A stretch of DNA of 64,000 bases, from assembly GCF_009914755.1 (NCBI RefSeq), contig NC_060941.1. One strand, given 5' to 3'. Position numbers and translations under genes: made by a program. The DNA comes from the human T2T-CHM13v2.0 reference genome, Homo sapiens. The notes under the pieces are model-generated. The model worked only from the letters and a program-made list of their open reading frames with translations, made no database searches and was not told where the DNA came from. Shown here piece by piece: positions 40,900-53,525 of the stretch (position 1 is its first letter; every line of letters starts with the position of its first letter).

Positions 40900-43200
40900 A
40901 TAGCCTTTTAACATTTTTATAACGTCTTTTTTCATTCTAATTGAAACTATTGCTCAGTGCAGAAAACTTGGAAACTACAGAAAGACATGAGGCTACAAAA
41001 TGTTACCCATAATCCCGTCATGCTCCCCAAAATTACTTTTAACTTTTTTGTGTTTGTCTCTCTAATTTTTCTCATAGAAATGTATACTTTACTAAAAAAG
41101 CAACAAACTATTAACATGGCTGTTTCACCTGCATTTTAATCACAACACATTTTGAGCATGTTTTCATAACAATAGGTGTTTTATGTGGTTGTACAATCTT
41201 TTATTTAACTAATTTCCTTCTGTTGGACATTTAGGCAGTTCAAAGTGTCTCACTCTGTAAATAATACAGAGACTCTGTTATTTCATTCGCTTATTGACAC
41301 CCCCTTAGTACGTCTCTTTTCATAGAAAAAGCAGTTCCTTCCTACTAACGTATTTACATTGATAGAATAAAATTTTACAAAAGGAAACAACATCAACGAC
41401 ATATACATGGTTCGATTTTGCAGATATTTCCCCCTAGAACTATTATTTTAATTTTTATTCTCTTTGGAAATATACTTGAAAGTGCTATTCACAGCTCAAA
41501 AGTTACTGATTTTAATAATATTTACATATTATGTGTAATAATAAATACATCTGATGATATTTTTACTTGCCTTTCTTTGATTTTTAATCAGGTTGAATAT
41601 TTTTAATATGGCAATTGGTGATTTCGTATCTATTTTTTATTGAATCACAATATATGTCCTTTGAATATTTTTCTACCAAGATATTAACATTTTCCCATTT
41701 TTTTTATTGTTTTCTTTATTGGCATATTATTGTATTGTTGTATTATTGTGGTTATCTCTACAACTTGGTAGATACAAAGCTAGCTCATCTTTTATAAAGA
41801 TTGCCTTAAAAAGTGTCTTATGTACATACACAAAATGGACACTTTTACATAAATTGAATCATACCATGCATGACATGATTTATAATGCTATTTTTTCTTG
41901 CTTCTCTCCACTCCTCAAGTTCACCCACATCTTCACCGACACACCCACAATAACCCATGTTAATGACCTAGTATTTATTTTTCTTATTTTTCTCAATTTT
42001 CACAATTACATTTCAATATGTACAGATAAAATATATACATGTACAGGGTTTTGTCATTTATGATTTCACATAAATGATAGTATATGAAACATTTTCTGCA
42101 TCTTCTTTTACTCTCTCAAGGATACCTCATAAAAATCCTGCCAAGGTAATTGGTGTAATTCTAATTCATTCTTCTTAATAGCCACATAAGCTTCCCTGGG
42201 GTGGATGGACCACAATTTATTCAGCCATTCCCCTATTACTGCCATTCACTTTGTTTCTAAATTTTTGCAACTACAAATGGGGCTGCAATAAACATCTTTG
42301 AGGAGATTTGCTTACTTATGGGTGTTTTTATTTTGATAGGATCGATTCACAGGACGAGTATTGCTGAGTCAAAGAGCATGTTCAATTTATTTTTATTTTA
42401 ATGGATGCTGCCAGATTGCTTCCTAAAAAGGCTATAACAATTCATAGTTCCACTGGCAATGTATAAGAAATTTCCTATATCTGCATTAGCAATATGTATT
42501 GTAGCTCTTTTCAATTTTTTTAAGTCTAAAGAGTGGAAACATATGGTCGACCATTCATGAGCTCAAATGACATACGATTTATTGAACATTTGAATTTCAC
42601 ATCTCTAAATCCATTTATTTCTTGGTACTTTTTAAAATTTTTTCATGTCAACTTGTATATTTTCTGTATACTATAGAGTTTAATACTTTGTCAGCTGTAC
42701 TGCAAATAACTTTGTTCCAGAGTTCACGCATGTATATATACTTTGCTTGTGGAAGTGTTTCTTAAATTCTCTGTGCCAAAGGCCCAGTATTGGAGAATAT
42801 TTCCAATCTATAGCAAATCATTGTTTTGTAAAACACAAAATCACACACTTGGATGTCATAGCAATATCGAATGTCTATAAAAGTCCATAAATGCTTATTC
42901 TCAGTTTCTGTACTTGCCTAGGAATGGGTTGGTAGCACATGGCAGACTGGACAGCTCTACAAATTTACAGACAGGTCTAAGTGACACTAGTTTGTGTCAT
43001 CCTTTTTTTTAATCAAAACTTTCACTTTTACATAGTCAAATATAGTTCCTTCTATAGTTTCTAGACTTTGTCTCTTAAAATAGTTTAAGGTCTGTTTCTA
43101 GGAATTATATTGCTAAGATGATTCTATTTAAGTCTCAAATACATGTAGATTGTTTTTCTAATTGTATCCTATCTTTTCCCCTTTTTTGTCTGGATTTTTT
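40900..43200 (-). mobile_element. Ancient L1ME fragments
   Basis: T-rich + strand; 'ttattcagccattccccta...gctgcaataaacatc...attgctgagtcaaagagcatg...gctgccagattgcttt'; boundaries approximate. Confidence 0.65.
42755..42990. mobile_element. Charlie18a-like hAT MITE
   Basis: 'cacttggatgtcatagcaatatcgaatgtctataaaagtccataaatgcttattctcagtttctgtactt'. Confidence 0.55.
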
Positions 43201-43477
43201 AACCATATGGGATGAAGTCCAGTGCTATTTTCTTTCAGAAGTGCTGCCGTGCTACCTTGGTCGTTGCGGAAGATATTGTGATCTGGCTCATTCAGCTGCC
43301 ACTCCCTTCTAGTTTGCCTTCTTATACAGTCTGAGGCTAAAGGCAAAAATCCTGCATTCTTAGATCCAGTTGTACTATTGTTACATATGAGATGAACATG
43401 CCAGCAAACAGACACACCCAAGCAAGTCTTACAGCAGAGAGGTCAATATGATAAGTAGTTGTACAAAAGAATGTTTA

Positions 43478-44180
<703 letters not shown>

Positions 44181-44187
<7 letters not shown>

Positions 44188-44227
44188 GAAAGAAAGAGAA
44201 AGAAAGAAAGAAGGAAGGAAGGAAGGA

Positions 44228-44271
<44 letters not shown>

Positions 44272-44382
44272 AAGAAGGAAAGAAAGAAGAAAGAAAGAAA
44301 GAAAGGAAAGAAAGAAAGAAAGAAAGAAAAAGAAGGAAGGAAGGAAGGAAGGAAGGGAGAGAGAGAGAAAGAAAGAAAAAAA
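44181..44382. repeat. Compound (GAAA)n/(GGAA)n/(GA)n pure-purine tract of about 200 bp
   Basis: Directly visible, no pyrimidines. Confidence 0.95.
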
Positions 44383-45269
44383 TATTTTGCTCTGTTGGGG
44401 TAGCTGTGAGGGGATTTCTCAAGTTCTTATATCATAAATTCCAGTCAATAAGAGTAGCAGCAATGCTACTTCCGTTTGAAATGTCTCATGTATGGTGAAC
44501 CCTCTTCCTGGCTGCATAACATCCAAGCAGTTCTTTCATCTAGAAATCTACCTAACCTATCCTAGTAGATCCCCTTCATTTGAACTAGCTAGAGTAAATT
44601 CTGTTGTCTGCAACAAAAAGCCTTGACCAAAAATCATATATTAAATGATCTCATATACTGAGACACTTTACTATAGTTGCTCTTTTGTTTCCTTGATCCG
44701 TTTTGAATGGATTCCATATCATTAAGTTCATACCAGTAACACTGATCTTACCATGTCCTGAGATGTTTATCTTATTTGCTCTTCTTAGGAATTTATACTT
44801 TCATTTGGACTTTAAGATAATTGTATCACCTTAAGTCAACAAACAGAAAGAGAAACAGAAACAGAAACCCCAGCTGAGTAAAAGTAAGAAGCTTCCCTAA
44901 ATCCAAGCTACAATATATGAAGACAAAGACTGAATGAAGAAATGGAAAGTGACTCAAAAGCTAAGGAGAGTCAAACCAAGGCACTCATGGAGTAGCATAC
45001 TAATCATCAACCTGAGGACCTTGGAAAACTAACAAACCAATGGCACTAGGTCCAGCCAAAGATCATGGCGGGAGTGCTATATAAAAGCATATAAAAGAAA
45101 TAATTAAACTCCTAAATATCCACCCCCTCCCCTGCTCCAACAGAGTTAGGCAACAACCCTTCTTCTTCCTCTGTAGGAATGGGAGGTGTATTCTCTAAAG
45201 AAAATGTCCTACAGAACCTTTGCACTTGGTGTCACCAGACATAGAAACAGATAGAGATGAGGTCTAGGG

Positions 45270-45488
45270 CAGGAGTCAGCAAACTTTTTCTGTGAAGATC
45301 CAGATAGCAAATATTTTAGGTCTTATGAGCGATCTGGTCTCTGCTGTAACTATTCAGTTCTGAAATTGTATCGCCAAAGCAGCCATAGACAACACTTAAA
45401 CAAATGGGTGTTGCTGTGTATCACAAAACCTTTACAAAAAAGATGGTGGGCTGGATTTGGTCACTTGCCCATAGTTTATAGACACCTG
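45270..45488. mobile_element. MER58A
   Basis: caggagtcagcaaac...gacacctg; TSD gtctaggg/ctctaggg. Confidence 0.88.
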
Positions 45489-46039
45489 CTCTAGGGAGGT
45501 ACCAGGAGTTTTAAGAAAAAGTCTACATGCTGAACAGGGAAACTCTCAGTCATCTTTCTCTGACCTCTTCCTCTGTTAGATTTATTGACCACACCCCACT
45601 TTCTACTAGCCTTCATCCTCCCCTTTCCCTTGCCAAAAAAGTAAACTAGTAAAGAGGAATATTATTCTCTCAGTCCCTTTTCCAATGGTGCCTCTAATTT
45701 TTCCAAACTCTTACTGAAAATTGACCTATTCGAACTTCCTACTTCTTGAGTACAGTTTGGTGAATTATGTTTTGTTAAGAAATAATCCCTTTTTCTAGGA
45801 TTTTAGAAAATCCTAGAAAAAGTATTGCCATAGGAGTTGGATGTGGGGTTTTTATGAACATTTTAATTTTTTCTATATCTGTGAAAATATCTCCTTTCTT
45901 ATTTTCAATATTGTATATTTTTACTCTCATTCTTTCTTTTTAAGTAGTCAAACTCACAAGAAGTTGATTTATATTGTTGGTCTTTTCAATGAACCAGCAT
46001 TTGAATTTGTTTATTCTTCTTATGATTTGTTTCCATTTC

Positions 46040-46460
46040 AATAAATACTTGTTAAACAAATAAATGGCAGTCATCAGCAAATAGTTTGTTGTTACAGATC
46101 ATCTGAGAGAAAATGTGTTGAGTGAGAAAGAAGGAGCCCTCTTAAGAACACCAGTATCTAAGGGTTGGGCAGAAAGAAAACAATAACAGAAAAAAAAGGA
46201 GATTGAGAAGAAACAATCTGATCTGATTAAATTGGAGAAAAACCAGAAAAGCACAGTGTCACAGACACCGAGATAAAAGTGTTTTAATAAGGAGAACCTT
46301 GTCAACAGTGCCAAATGCTGCCCAGAGGGGATTTCTTGCCTAAGGACTTAGAAGTGTTCCTTAACATGAGCTACAAGTAGGATGACCCTTGCAAGGGCAG
46401 GAGTAAAAGTCAGATTTCAATGAGTAGAAGTACAAGAAAAAAGTGAGAAAGTAAAGATAA
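46040..46460 (-). mobile_element. L2 fragment
   Basis: 'gagaaaaaccagaaaagcacagtgtcacagacaccgag...tgtcaacagtgccaaatgctg'. Confidence 0.65.
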
Positions 46461-47178
46461 CAAGTAAAGATTACAGATAACTCTCAAAACAGATCTTTGG
46501 GGACCATAAGACATGCAATAGAGAGAAACTTTTATAAAGATTTGAAAATCTCAAGCATATTTAAATATGGACAGAAAGAAGCCAGTCAAGGGTTGGGTGG
46601 AAGATCCAGAGGAAGAAATGTCAGGCAGAGCACAGATGCAGATATTAGACCCACATCTGAGAAAGATGCCCGTTCCCTTATGACAACAAGGCAGGAGGAT
46701 AATATATCTGTGGACCAGCGTGGCTGAGCATGTTTTTATAGACATAGTTGGAAGTATCAAAAAACTAAAGGATTTGAAATCGCTACAGTAAGTTTTGGAG
46801 GAAAAAGATAACTTAGGAATGGAGAAGAATGACCTGTCAGCACTGAGAGCCTTGTTAAGCTTGGAGACCTCACAGTTATGAAAACACCAAGCCTAGGGGT
46901 GAGGGTAAACAGAGGATGGATCCAGGCTTGCCTGTTGCCGTGACAGTCCCAGGTGATAACCAGTGATACTTGGGAGATTCTCACAGCTCCTCTGGCTCTG
47001 CCCACTCTGCACCAAAGCAGCCACAACGCAAAAGCTTTCTCTTCTACTTTTTCTACAGAAGGGAAAGAAATAAGCCTCTACTGCACTTATTGGAATAAAT
47101 TCCCTTTCTGCTTCTCAGTGCCAACTTTTAAATCGTGGGCTTGGGGAGTGAAGAATCCTAAGGTTTCCTTCCTCGTAC

Positions 47179-47859
47179 TGAGATGGGATTGTTCCCTTGA
47201 CCCCCTTCATGGGTAGAAATTGGAGTGGCTCCTTTCACTCAGCCGGCCTCTGGCCACTCCAGGCAAGAGGGAGCAGGCAAGCAAGCAAGTCCAGGAACTA
47301 GAGGGAATGAAGGCTGAAACCAGCCAGTCGCTCCTCTCTGGTGGGAGCAGGCTCTGTGCCGCCCTGCAGCAGCGTCCAAGTCCCTGCTCTCCCAACACCT
47401 AGGTTCTTGTCCGGTGTCCAGAAAAAATCAGGTTGTGCAAATGGATTGAAGGGTAGTGTATGTGGAGGATTTTATTGGGTGATGGCTGTCATCAGGATGG
47501 GAGTTGGAAAGGCGATGGTGCAGAAAGAAGACGATCTTTCCCTAAGCCACACCTCTGAAGTTATCCACGTCTATCCATAGTCTGCAACACTCAGCCACTC
47601 ATATCCCCGACGTTCAGCAGCTTGGATCCCCAATGCCCAGCTGCTTGCATCCCCAACCGCTTGCATTGACTATTTGCATCAGCCACTGTGTTGCTCTGCC
47701 AGCTGAAGTCTTTTCATGGGCACAGGATAGGGGCACGGCAGGCCAGAAAAGCAACATTTGGGCAGACAAATGGGGTCAGCTTTTTTGCACTTAGGGTGGT
47801 GGTTCTAGGCTTAGGGGTGGGGTCTAGTGGGGAGCCTGGAGCCCAGTCATTCTATATCA
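47179..47859 (-). mobile_element. 3' LTR (LTR27/LTR28-like) of two-LTR mini-provirus
   Basis: Direct repeat of 49311-49980; TGATATAG...ATCTCA on - strand; PPT agagcggggaga adjacent (47860-47871). Confidence 0.88.
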
Positions 47860-49310
47860 TCTCCCCGCTCTGAAGAGGCACATCTAAGTGCCTTTAGAAT
47901 ATGGACAACGACCGGTCTTAGCTACTTCCTGCTGAAAGGGGACACTGTTTGCAGAAAATGGCAATCAGATTCCTCCCAGAGATTTACCTAAGGATCCCCG
48001 GCAAAAGGGAGCCATCGTCCGAGGCTCTGGCTGCCTGCCTATTTGGAGCCCTGATGGCCTCCAGGAGAGAGAAAAAAACAAGCTTTACAAGGTTAAATAT
48101 GCATGGATCAAACGTGCATTATGCAAGGAAAGAATTTATTGCCAAAGATTACAGAAATAAGAAGTGAAATATACTAACAAGATTGTACCCCAAGCTGTCT
48201 CACCCCGGTGAAAAAAATTAAATCTTGTATGGGAGTGGTTACACTTTGAGAGAGAGAACTGTTCTTGCCACATCTGTAGTGGTTAACAGGTGAACGTTAG
48301 GAATTCTGGGGTTCATGGGCTTGCACGGTGGTCATTAAAGCTTCTGCCTCTTTCTTATATCTAAAAGACCAAGGTGGCCACTTTCAGGAGATCCTCTAAA
48401 GTACTATCTAGACCCAGGGTCTGTTTCTGAGTAGAAACTGGAGATGATAAAGTTTGTTGGTTGTCCATTCTGAAAGACAGGCAATTTGGGGCATCCCTCA
48501 TTCCCTTCCTTCTTTTAGCAAAAACTTGGGGTGTGAGGGAGAAAGAAAGAGGGTGTTCCCCCCTTTTCTTTTCTATCTCCATCCCCGAGTCCCAGTGACC
48601 TTGGCAGGTGCCACCCATGGGTGCCAAAGCGGCTTGCACCGATGAAGCAGGGGGGCCTAGCGGGTGGGAGTACCCGCTCTTATCCACATACACCCTATCT
48701 CCCCTGCTGTCAACAGCTTTAAGTTCCCTGGTTCTCACCTATGCCATGGAGCATGGCCTTCTTCCATGAAGCAGGGTTTTTGTTGGCAGGAATTGATCCT
48801 GCCCATTTACATTGCGCATGTTGCCTGGCTTTGGATCCCTCAGATCTCGTTTTCCTTTCCAGGGCCTCAACCTGAAGCTTGGAATCAAGTTTGAGATTAA
48901 AAAAGGGTATTTGAAGGGCTGCAGAGATTCACTTAGATTAAGTCCCACAGGCTTTGGCAAATTTACAGCTACCAGCCACGAAGGTTTCCTCCTCTGTCAT
49001 TTTCCTATCATAAGCAGAGTGCTGAGGTAGGAAGAGAACCCTCTCCCTTAGAAAAACAGAAAAACAACTTAAAGGGCATAAGGGCAGTGGGTGGGGTTGA
49101 AGGAAGAGCCTCTGCTCTGTGGAAATGGGTTCCTTTAATCACTGTATCCCTTCCCCACTTCAGACCAGCTAGACCTCCATAAAGGGAAAAAGAGCCAATA
49201 TTCCTTTTACCAGGTGGAAAGAGAGAGGTGGCAGGGTCTTGAAAAAAAGGCAGATCCGACAGGCCCGCATGTTAACTAACCATCTGTTGTATCCCAGATG
49301 GGCCCCTAGA
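47860..49310 (-). mobile_element. 1.45-kb deleted ERV1 internal region (PBS-Pro, leader, fused gag remnant, env-TM tail, PPT); HUERS-P2-like
   Basis: PBS-like taggggcccatctgggat at 49291-49308 (- strand); leader homologous to 5400-5860; MDNQQ...QKQTLGLDSTLEDLLKVATLVF; FDPCIFNLVKL-like TM remnant near 48080-48112. Confidence 0.85.
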
Positions 49311-49980
49311 TGAGATGGGATTGTTCCCTTGGCCTCCTTTGTGGGCAGAAACTGGAGTGGCTCTTTTCAGTCAGTCCGCCTCTGGCCACTCCCAACGAGA
49401 GGGAACATTGAGAGCAAGTGATTGTGGGAACCAGAGGTAACAAACGCTGGATCTGTCCAGTCACTCCTCTCTGGTGGGAGCAGGCTCTGTGTGTGTGTGG
49501 CCCGCAGCAGCGTCCAAGCCTCTGCCCTCTTGGCACCTGGGTTCTTGTCCAGCATCCAGGAAAAATTAGGTCACATGAACGTATTGAAGGGTAGTGTAGC
49601 GTATGTGGAAGATTTTATTGGGTAATGGTTCTCAGTGGGATGGGAGTGGGAAAGGGTATGGTGTGGAAAGAAGATCTTTCCCTGGGGCCACACCATCTGA
49701 AGTTAGCCGCTTCTATCCTTAGTCTCCACCACTCAGCCACTTGTATCCCCAATGTTCAGAAGCTTGTATCCCTAAAGCTCAGCTGCTCGCATCCCTAACC
49801 ACTAGCATCATCCATTTGTGTTGCTCTGCCAGTTGAAGTCTTTTTATGGGCACAGGATAGGGGCGTGGCAGGCCAAAATGCAACATTTGGGTGGAAAAAC
49901 AGGGTCAGGTGTTTTCACTTAGGGCCGTGGTTCCAGGTTTAAGGGTGGGGTTTAGCCAGGAGCCCAGCCATTCTGTATCA
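49311..49980 (-). mobile_element. 5' LTR (LTR27/LTR28-like) of mini-provirus
   Basis: Partner LTR; element TSD gtac (47175-47178) / ctac (49981-49984). Confidence 0.88.
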
Positions 49981-50186
49981 CTACTTTGGAGTGGCAACAC
50001 TGGGATAGGCAGCCTCTGATAAAACTATCCTTGACCTGAAAAAGCTAGAGATAAGAAGGACATGAACTGAGATGGGTCTTTTGTCACATGAGCCAGGTCT
50101 TATTTTTCTTTATTGCTGTAGAAACTGTTCATCTTGGCTTTATTTTCTGTGAGTTATTATTCAATTTTATAAAAGAAACACAAACA

Positions 50187-50277
50187 TGTTATGTATGTAT
50201 GTTTATATGTGTGCATATATATATGTGTATATATGTGTATATATATGTGTATATATATGTGAATATATATATATATT
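50187..50277. repeat. (TATATG)n low-complexity repeat
   Basis: Directly visible. Confidence 0.9.
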
Positions 50278-51328
50278 CTGTGCAAAGATCCTGTAGACAA
50301 ACTAGTTACATGCATAGGAAAAAGACTTAATGGATATATGAAATATGATAGTAGAAAATGAAAGCTTTTCTTCTTCATATTTGAGCCATGAACACGTACT
50401 CATTTGTAATGAGAAGAAAATCAATAAAATGTATTTTTAAAGTCAACACATTTGAACAAATATTTTTCTAGCAGCCACGTTCAAAAAACCATATTCTGGT
50501 CTCATTTCTTTGCATTCAGGAAGCACTTTTCAAATATATCTTCGACGTTCCTGATTTGATTTTCATAGAATAATTCTGCTTTGAATGAATTTTTAAATTC
50601 CATTAGAGCATGTTTACTTACCTGAAATTCTTTCCTTATCTAATTTCTTTATAATTTCTGATTTATCTCAATCTGTTCCCCTCTCAGCTCAAATTTCTTA
50701 TCATTCATCTTTCATCTCATTTGTCCATGTTTCCTTGAGCCGTGAGAGTACAAGGCACATGCTGGTGAATAGTTTCTTCTGTTTATTGCAGTAATATTTT
50801 AAAAACGATATTTCCTTCTATTTTTTCCTTTATGTTATAGCATTACTTCATAGGCTCCCTACTGGTTTGCATTTAATTTCCTCATCCTTAAATGATAGGA
50901 GATACATCAAGAACTATTTATTCCAAGATAAGGCATTCTGCACACTGTCTGCTTGCAAGCTGTTAAACGCAGGGTCTGAGATGTGAGCCTCCAATTTTGA
51001 ACCAGTTCAATGATTCCCAGCATTGTGGGAAGAGTGGGCCAGAGGAAGTTCCCCTCAGCCAGGAGGTGTTCTGGTTTTCAGTGAAGTCTGTATGCTGGGG
51101 GCCAGACAGTATAGCTTGACTTCCTTTTAATTTCTTTGGTAAGAAGTCCTGACCCAGTGATGAGAAGACCCTCCATTGCCACCATGCTCAAGAACTTCTG
51201 GTAGCAGCCCTTGACCCCCTGACCTCCAGCTGAAATTTCTTCTGACCTCCTCTGGTTACTTTCCAGTGCCACCCCTTGCAACTCCAAAGAAACTGACTCT
51301 AAACAGAGGTTGATCCCCAGCCACTGCT

Positions 51329-51481
51329 CTGGTGGAGCTGAAAGGTTTCCATGTGGAAGCCCCTGACTACCACCAACCAGTTCAGGCGAGAGACCTGAAT
51401 CCTTTCCCCCTTTTCTTTTTACCTTTTCTGAATCCTATTCCTTTTTTCCTTTTCCTGAGTTCTTTTTTTTTTTTCCTTTTT
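51329..51481 (+). repeat. Ectopic copy of ERV leader segment 52641-52784, flanked by an 11-bp direct repeat
   Basis: Shared 'gaaaggtttccatgtggaagcccctgac...ccagttcagg...ttttctgaatcctattcctttt'; cagccactgct at 51318-51328 and 51482-51492. Confidence 0.88.
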
Positions 51482-51887
51482 CAGCCACTGCTAAGCCCTT
51501 TGTATGGTGTTGATGCCTGTGTCCTGGACACAGCTGCTCTTAGATCTTTCCTTCCTTTTGTTCTGGGGTGTCACCCTTGCATCCCTCCTATTCAGTAGCT
51601 GCTACAGTCCCCATCAAAGTTGTCCTGGAGCTCACCCTGCAGACACATAAGATTCTAAGAGGAGTGTTTGCCCACCTCACATCCTGTCTCCAACTCCACT
51701 CCTTGCCTCCAGGTGAGGGGTGCTCATGGAGTTTAAAATCCCTGATTTCTGTCATTTATCAAACCCTGTTGACCTTTTCTTCATATAAACCCATCAATAT
51801 TTTATCTAGAAGAAACCACTGTACATTTCTAATATGTCATTCATATTCTCCTAGCTGTAGTAAGAATGCAGATATGGTGCCTAAGTT

Positions 51888-52453
51888 CGAGGCAGGAGAA
51901 TAGGGTCTGGAGGCAGGGAATCTAAGGCCAATTCATGCTGACTTCCTAGAACTAAACTGATAAGGGAAAACCCCAAATTTTCACGCCTAAGTAACAAAAG
52001 GACCAGATGCTACTCACTTTGCAACCCCACCACCTCTTCTGCACGGCAGATGGAAATATTAAAGTACCTCTGATTGGCTGCTTTCCAAAACCAATCAGAT
52101 GGTTGCATAGGAGTGTAACTTTGTAACTTCATGTTAGCCTCTGATGGTTGCTTTCTGCAACCAATCAGATTGATTGAGGGCCACCACTTCATTTGCATGG
52201 GGTGGACACCAGTGGCCAATGGGAAACCTCTAGGGGGTAGTTGGACCCCAGAAGATTCTGTAACCGGGGCTCTTGAGCCACTGCTTAGGCCTGCTCCCAC
52301 CTTGTAGAATGTACTTTCATTTTCAATAAATCGCTGCTTTTGTTGCTTATTCCTTCCTTGTTTGCTGTGCATTTTGTCCGATTCTTTGTTCAAAATGCAA
52401 AGAACCTGAACAACTTGCAGTCAAGACCCTTTACCGTTATGTTACCCTTAACA
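51888..52453 (+). mobile_element. MER51-family 5' LTR (ERV1)
   Basis: (t/c)gaggcaggagaatagggtctggaggcagggaa start; paired CCAAT boxes, ATTTGCAT 52191-52198, AATAAA ~52325, ends ...taaca before PBS. Confidence 0.85.
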
Positions 52454-52458
52454 TATTT

Positions 52459-52476
52459 TGGAGAGCCAACCGGAAG
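52459..52476 (+). promoter_or_regulatory. Primer binding site, tRNA-Arg type (degraded)
   Basis: tggagagccaaccggaag vs TGGCGAGCCAGCCAGGAG directly after the LTR. Confidence 0.7.
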
Positions 52477-53525
52477 ATAAGCCCAAAGTTAGGGATTTAT
52501 TTTTCTCCTTTCCCCTTTTCTTCTCTGCTGCATACAGGGGAATCTTTTTTTCTCTCTCTCTTTTCCTTTCCAACTCAGGGAGCTCGATGGACAGCGCCAA
52601 AGCACGGAGGCAACTGCAAGTTGCTGGCCAGGGCCACTCTCTGGTGAAACAGAAAGGTTTCCATGTGGAAGCCCCTGACCACCACCCAGTTCAGGTGAGG
52701 GACCTGAGTCCTTTCCCTTTTTTTTCCTTTTTCTGAATCCTATTCCTTTTTCCCTTTTTCTGAGTTCATTTTTTATTCCTTTTTCAGTGTTTCGGCTGCT
52801 ATTTCCTAGTAGCTCCCTTGTACGTGAGGGCAACTGGCCGGGACCACTGTCTGGTGCTGTCTGAAGGCCAAGGAATGAACAAGGATGACTGCCCGGCCCA
52901 AAAAAGGAAAAGACTATTTTCTACCCTTTCTAGTTATAGTCCCTGGTCCCTACGTGTGATGCAGCGGGCAGTGGCAGCTTGTCCAGGGTGAACTCACACA
53001 GGTTTCAGGCAACTTGAACCTTCTTTTCTTATGCTAAATTCTTCCCTTCCCCTACTTGACTGGCAAAGGACAAAAAACCCACCTAGCTATGCAAAAAAGA
53101 TTATACAACTAGTTGTTTAAAGAGAGAGTTGTTTAGGGCAAGTCACAGGGTCCAGGCATGTTGTAGGTGGTGTATGTGGGTCATGGGTTGGGGGGATCCA
53201 TGAGAAAGGGAATTTATGCAGGAACTGACAGGTGGGTTTATTGCTTTAATTTACAGAGTTAAAAGGTTGCTTTAAGTGGGATAGAAAAACCTTGAAGAAA
53301 GTTCATAGCAGGTCATCAGTGGTGAAGGGAACCAGTCCAAAGTGGTGCCAGCACCCATCTAAGTTCAGAGACATTTGATGGACTAAGTCAGGACCCTAAA
53401 CTGAAGGCACCCCTGGGGACTCCAGTCAGGGCCTAGAATTTTTCCAGGGGGATGACCCAGGTAAAATTTGAGTCACTTGATAAACCCTCCACTTTTCAAA
53501 GTCCTCTTCCCTTTTCCAGGCCACT

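Noticed and set aside
46880-47178. Possible ancient LTR hosting the mini-provirus
   Set aside because: Has AATAAA and LTR-like composition but is too degraded for me to assign or delimit.
47590-47690. Short repeated 'cagc..cttg.atcccc' units resembling an array
   Set aside because: Degenerate internal repeats of the LTR, also present in the partner LTR (49730-49800); no spacer structure and eukaryotic context, so not CRISPR.
47860-48200. Captured env or syncytin-like gene
   Set aside because: Only a short frameshifted TM-tail remnant; no SU, fusion peptide or open frame.
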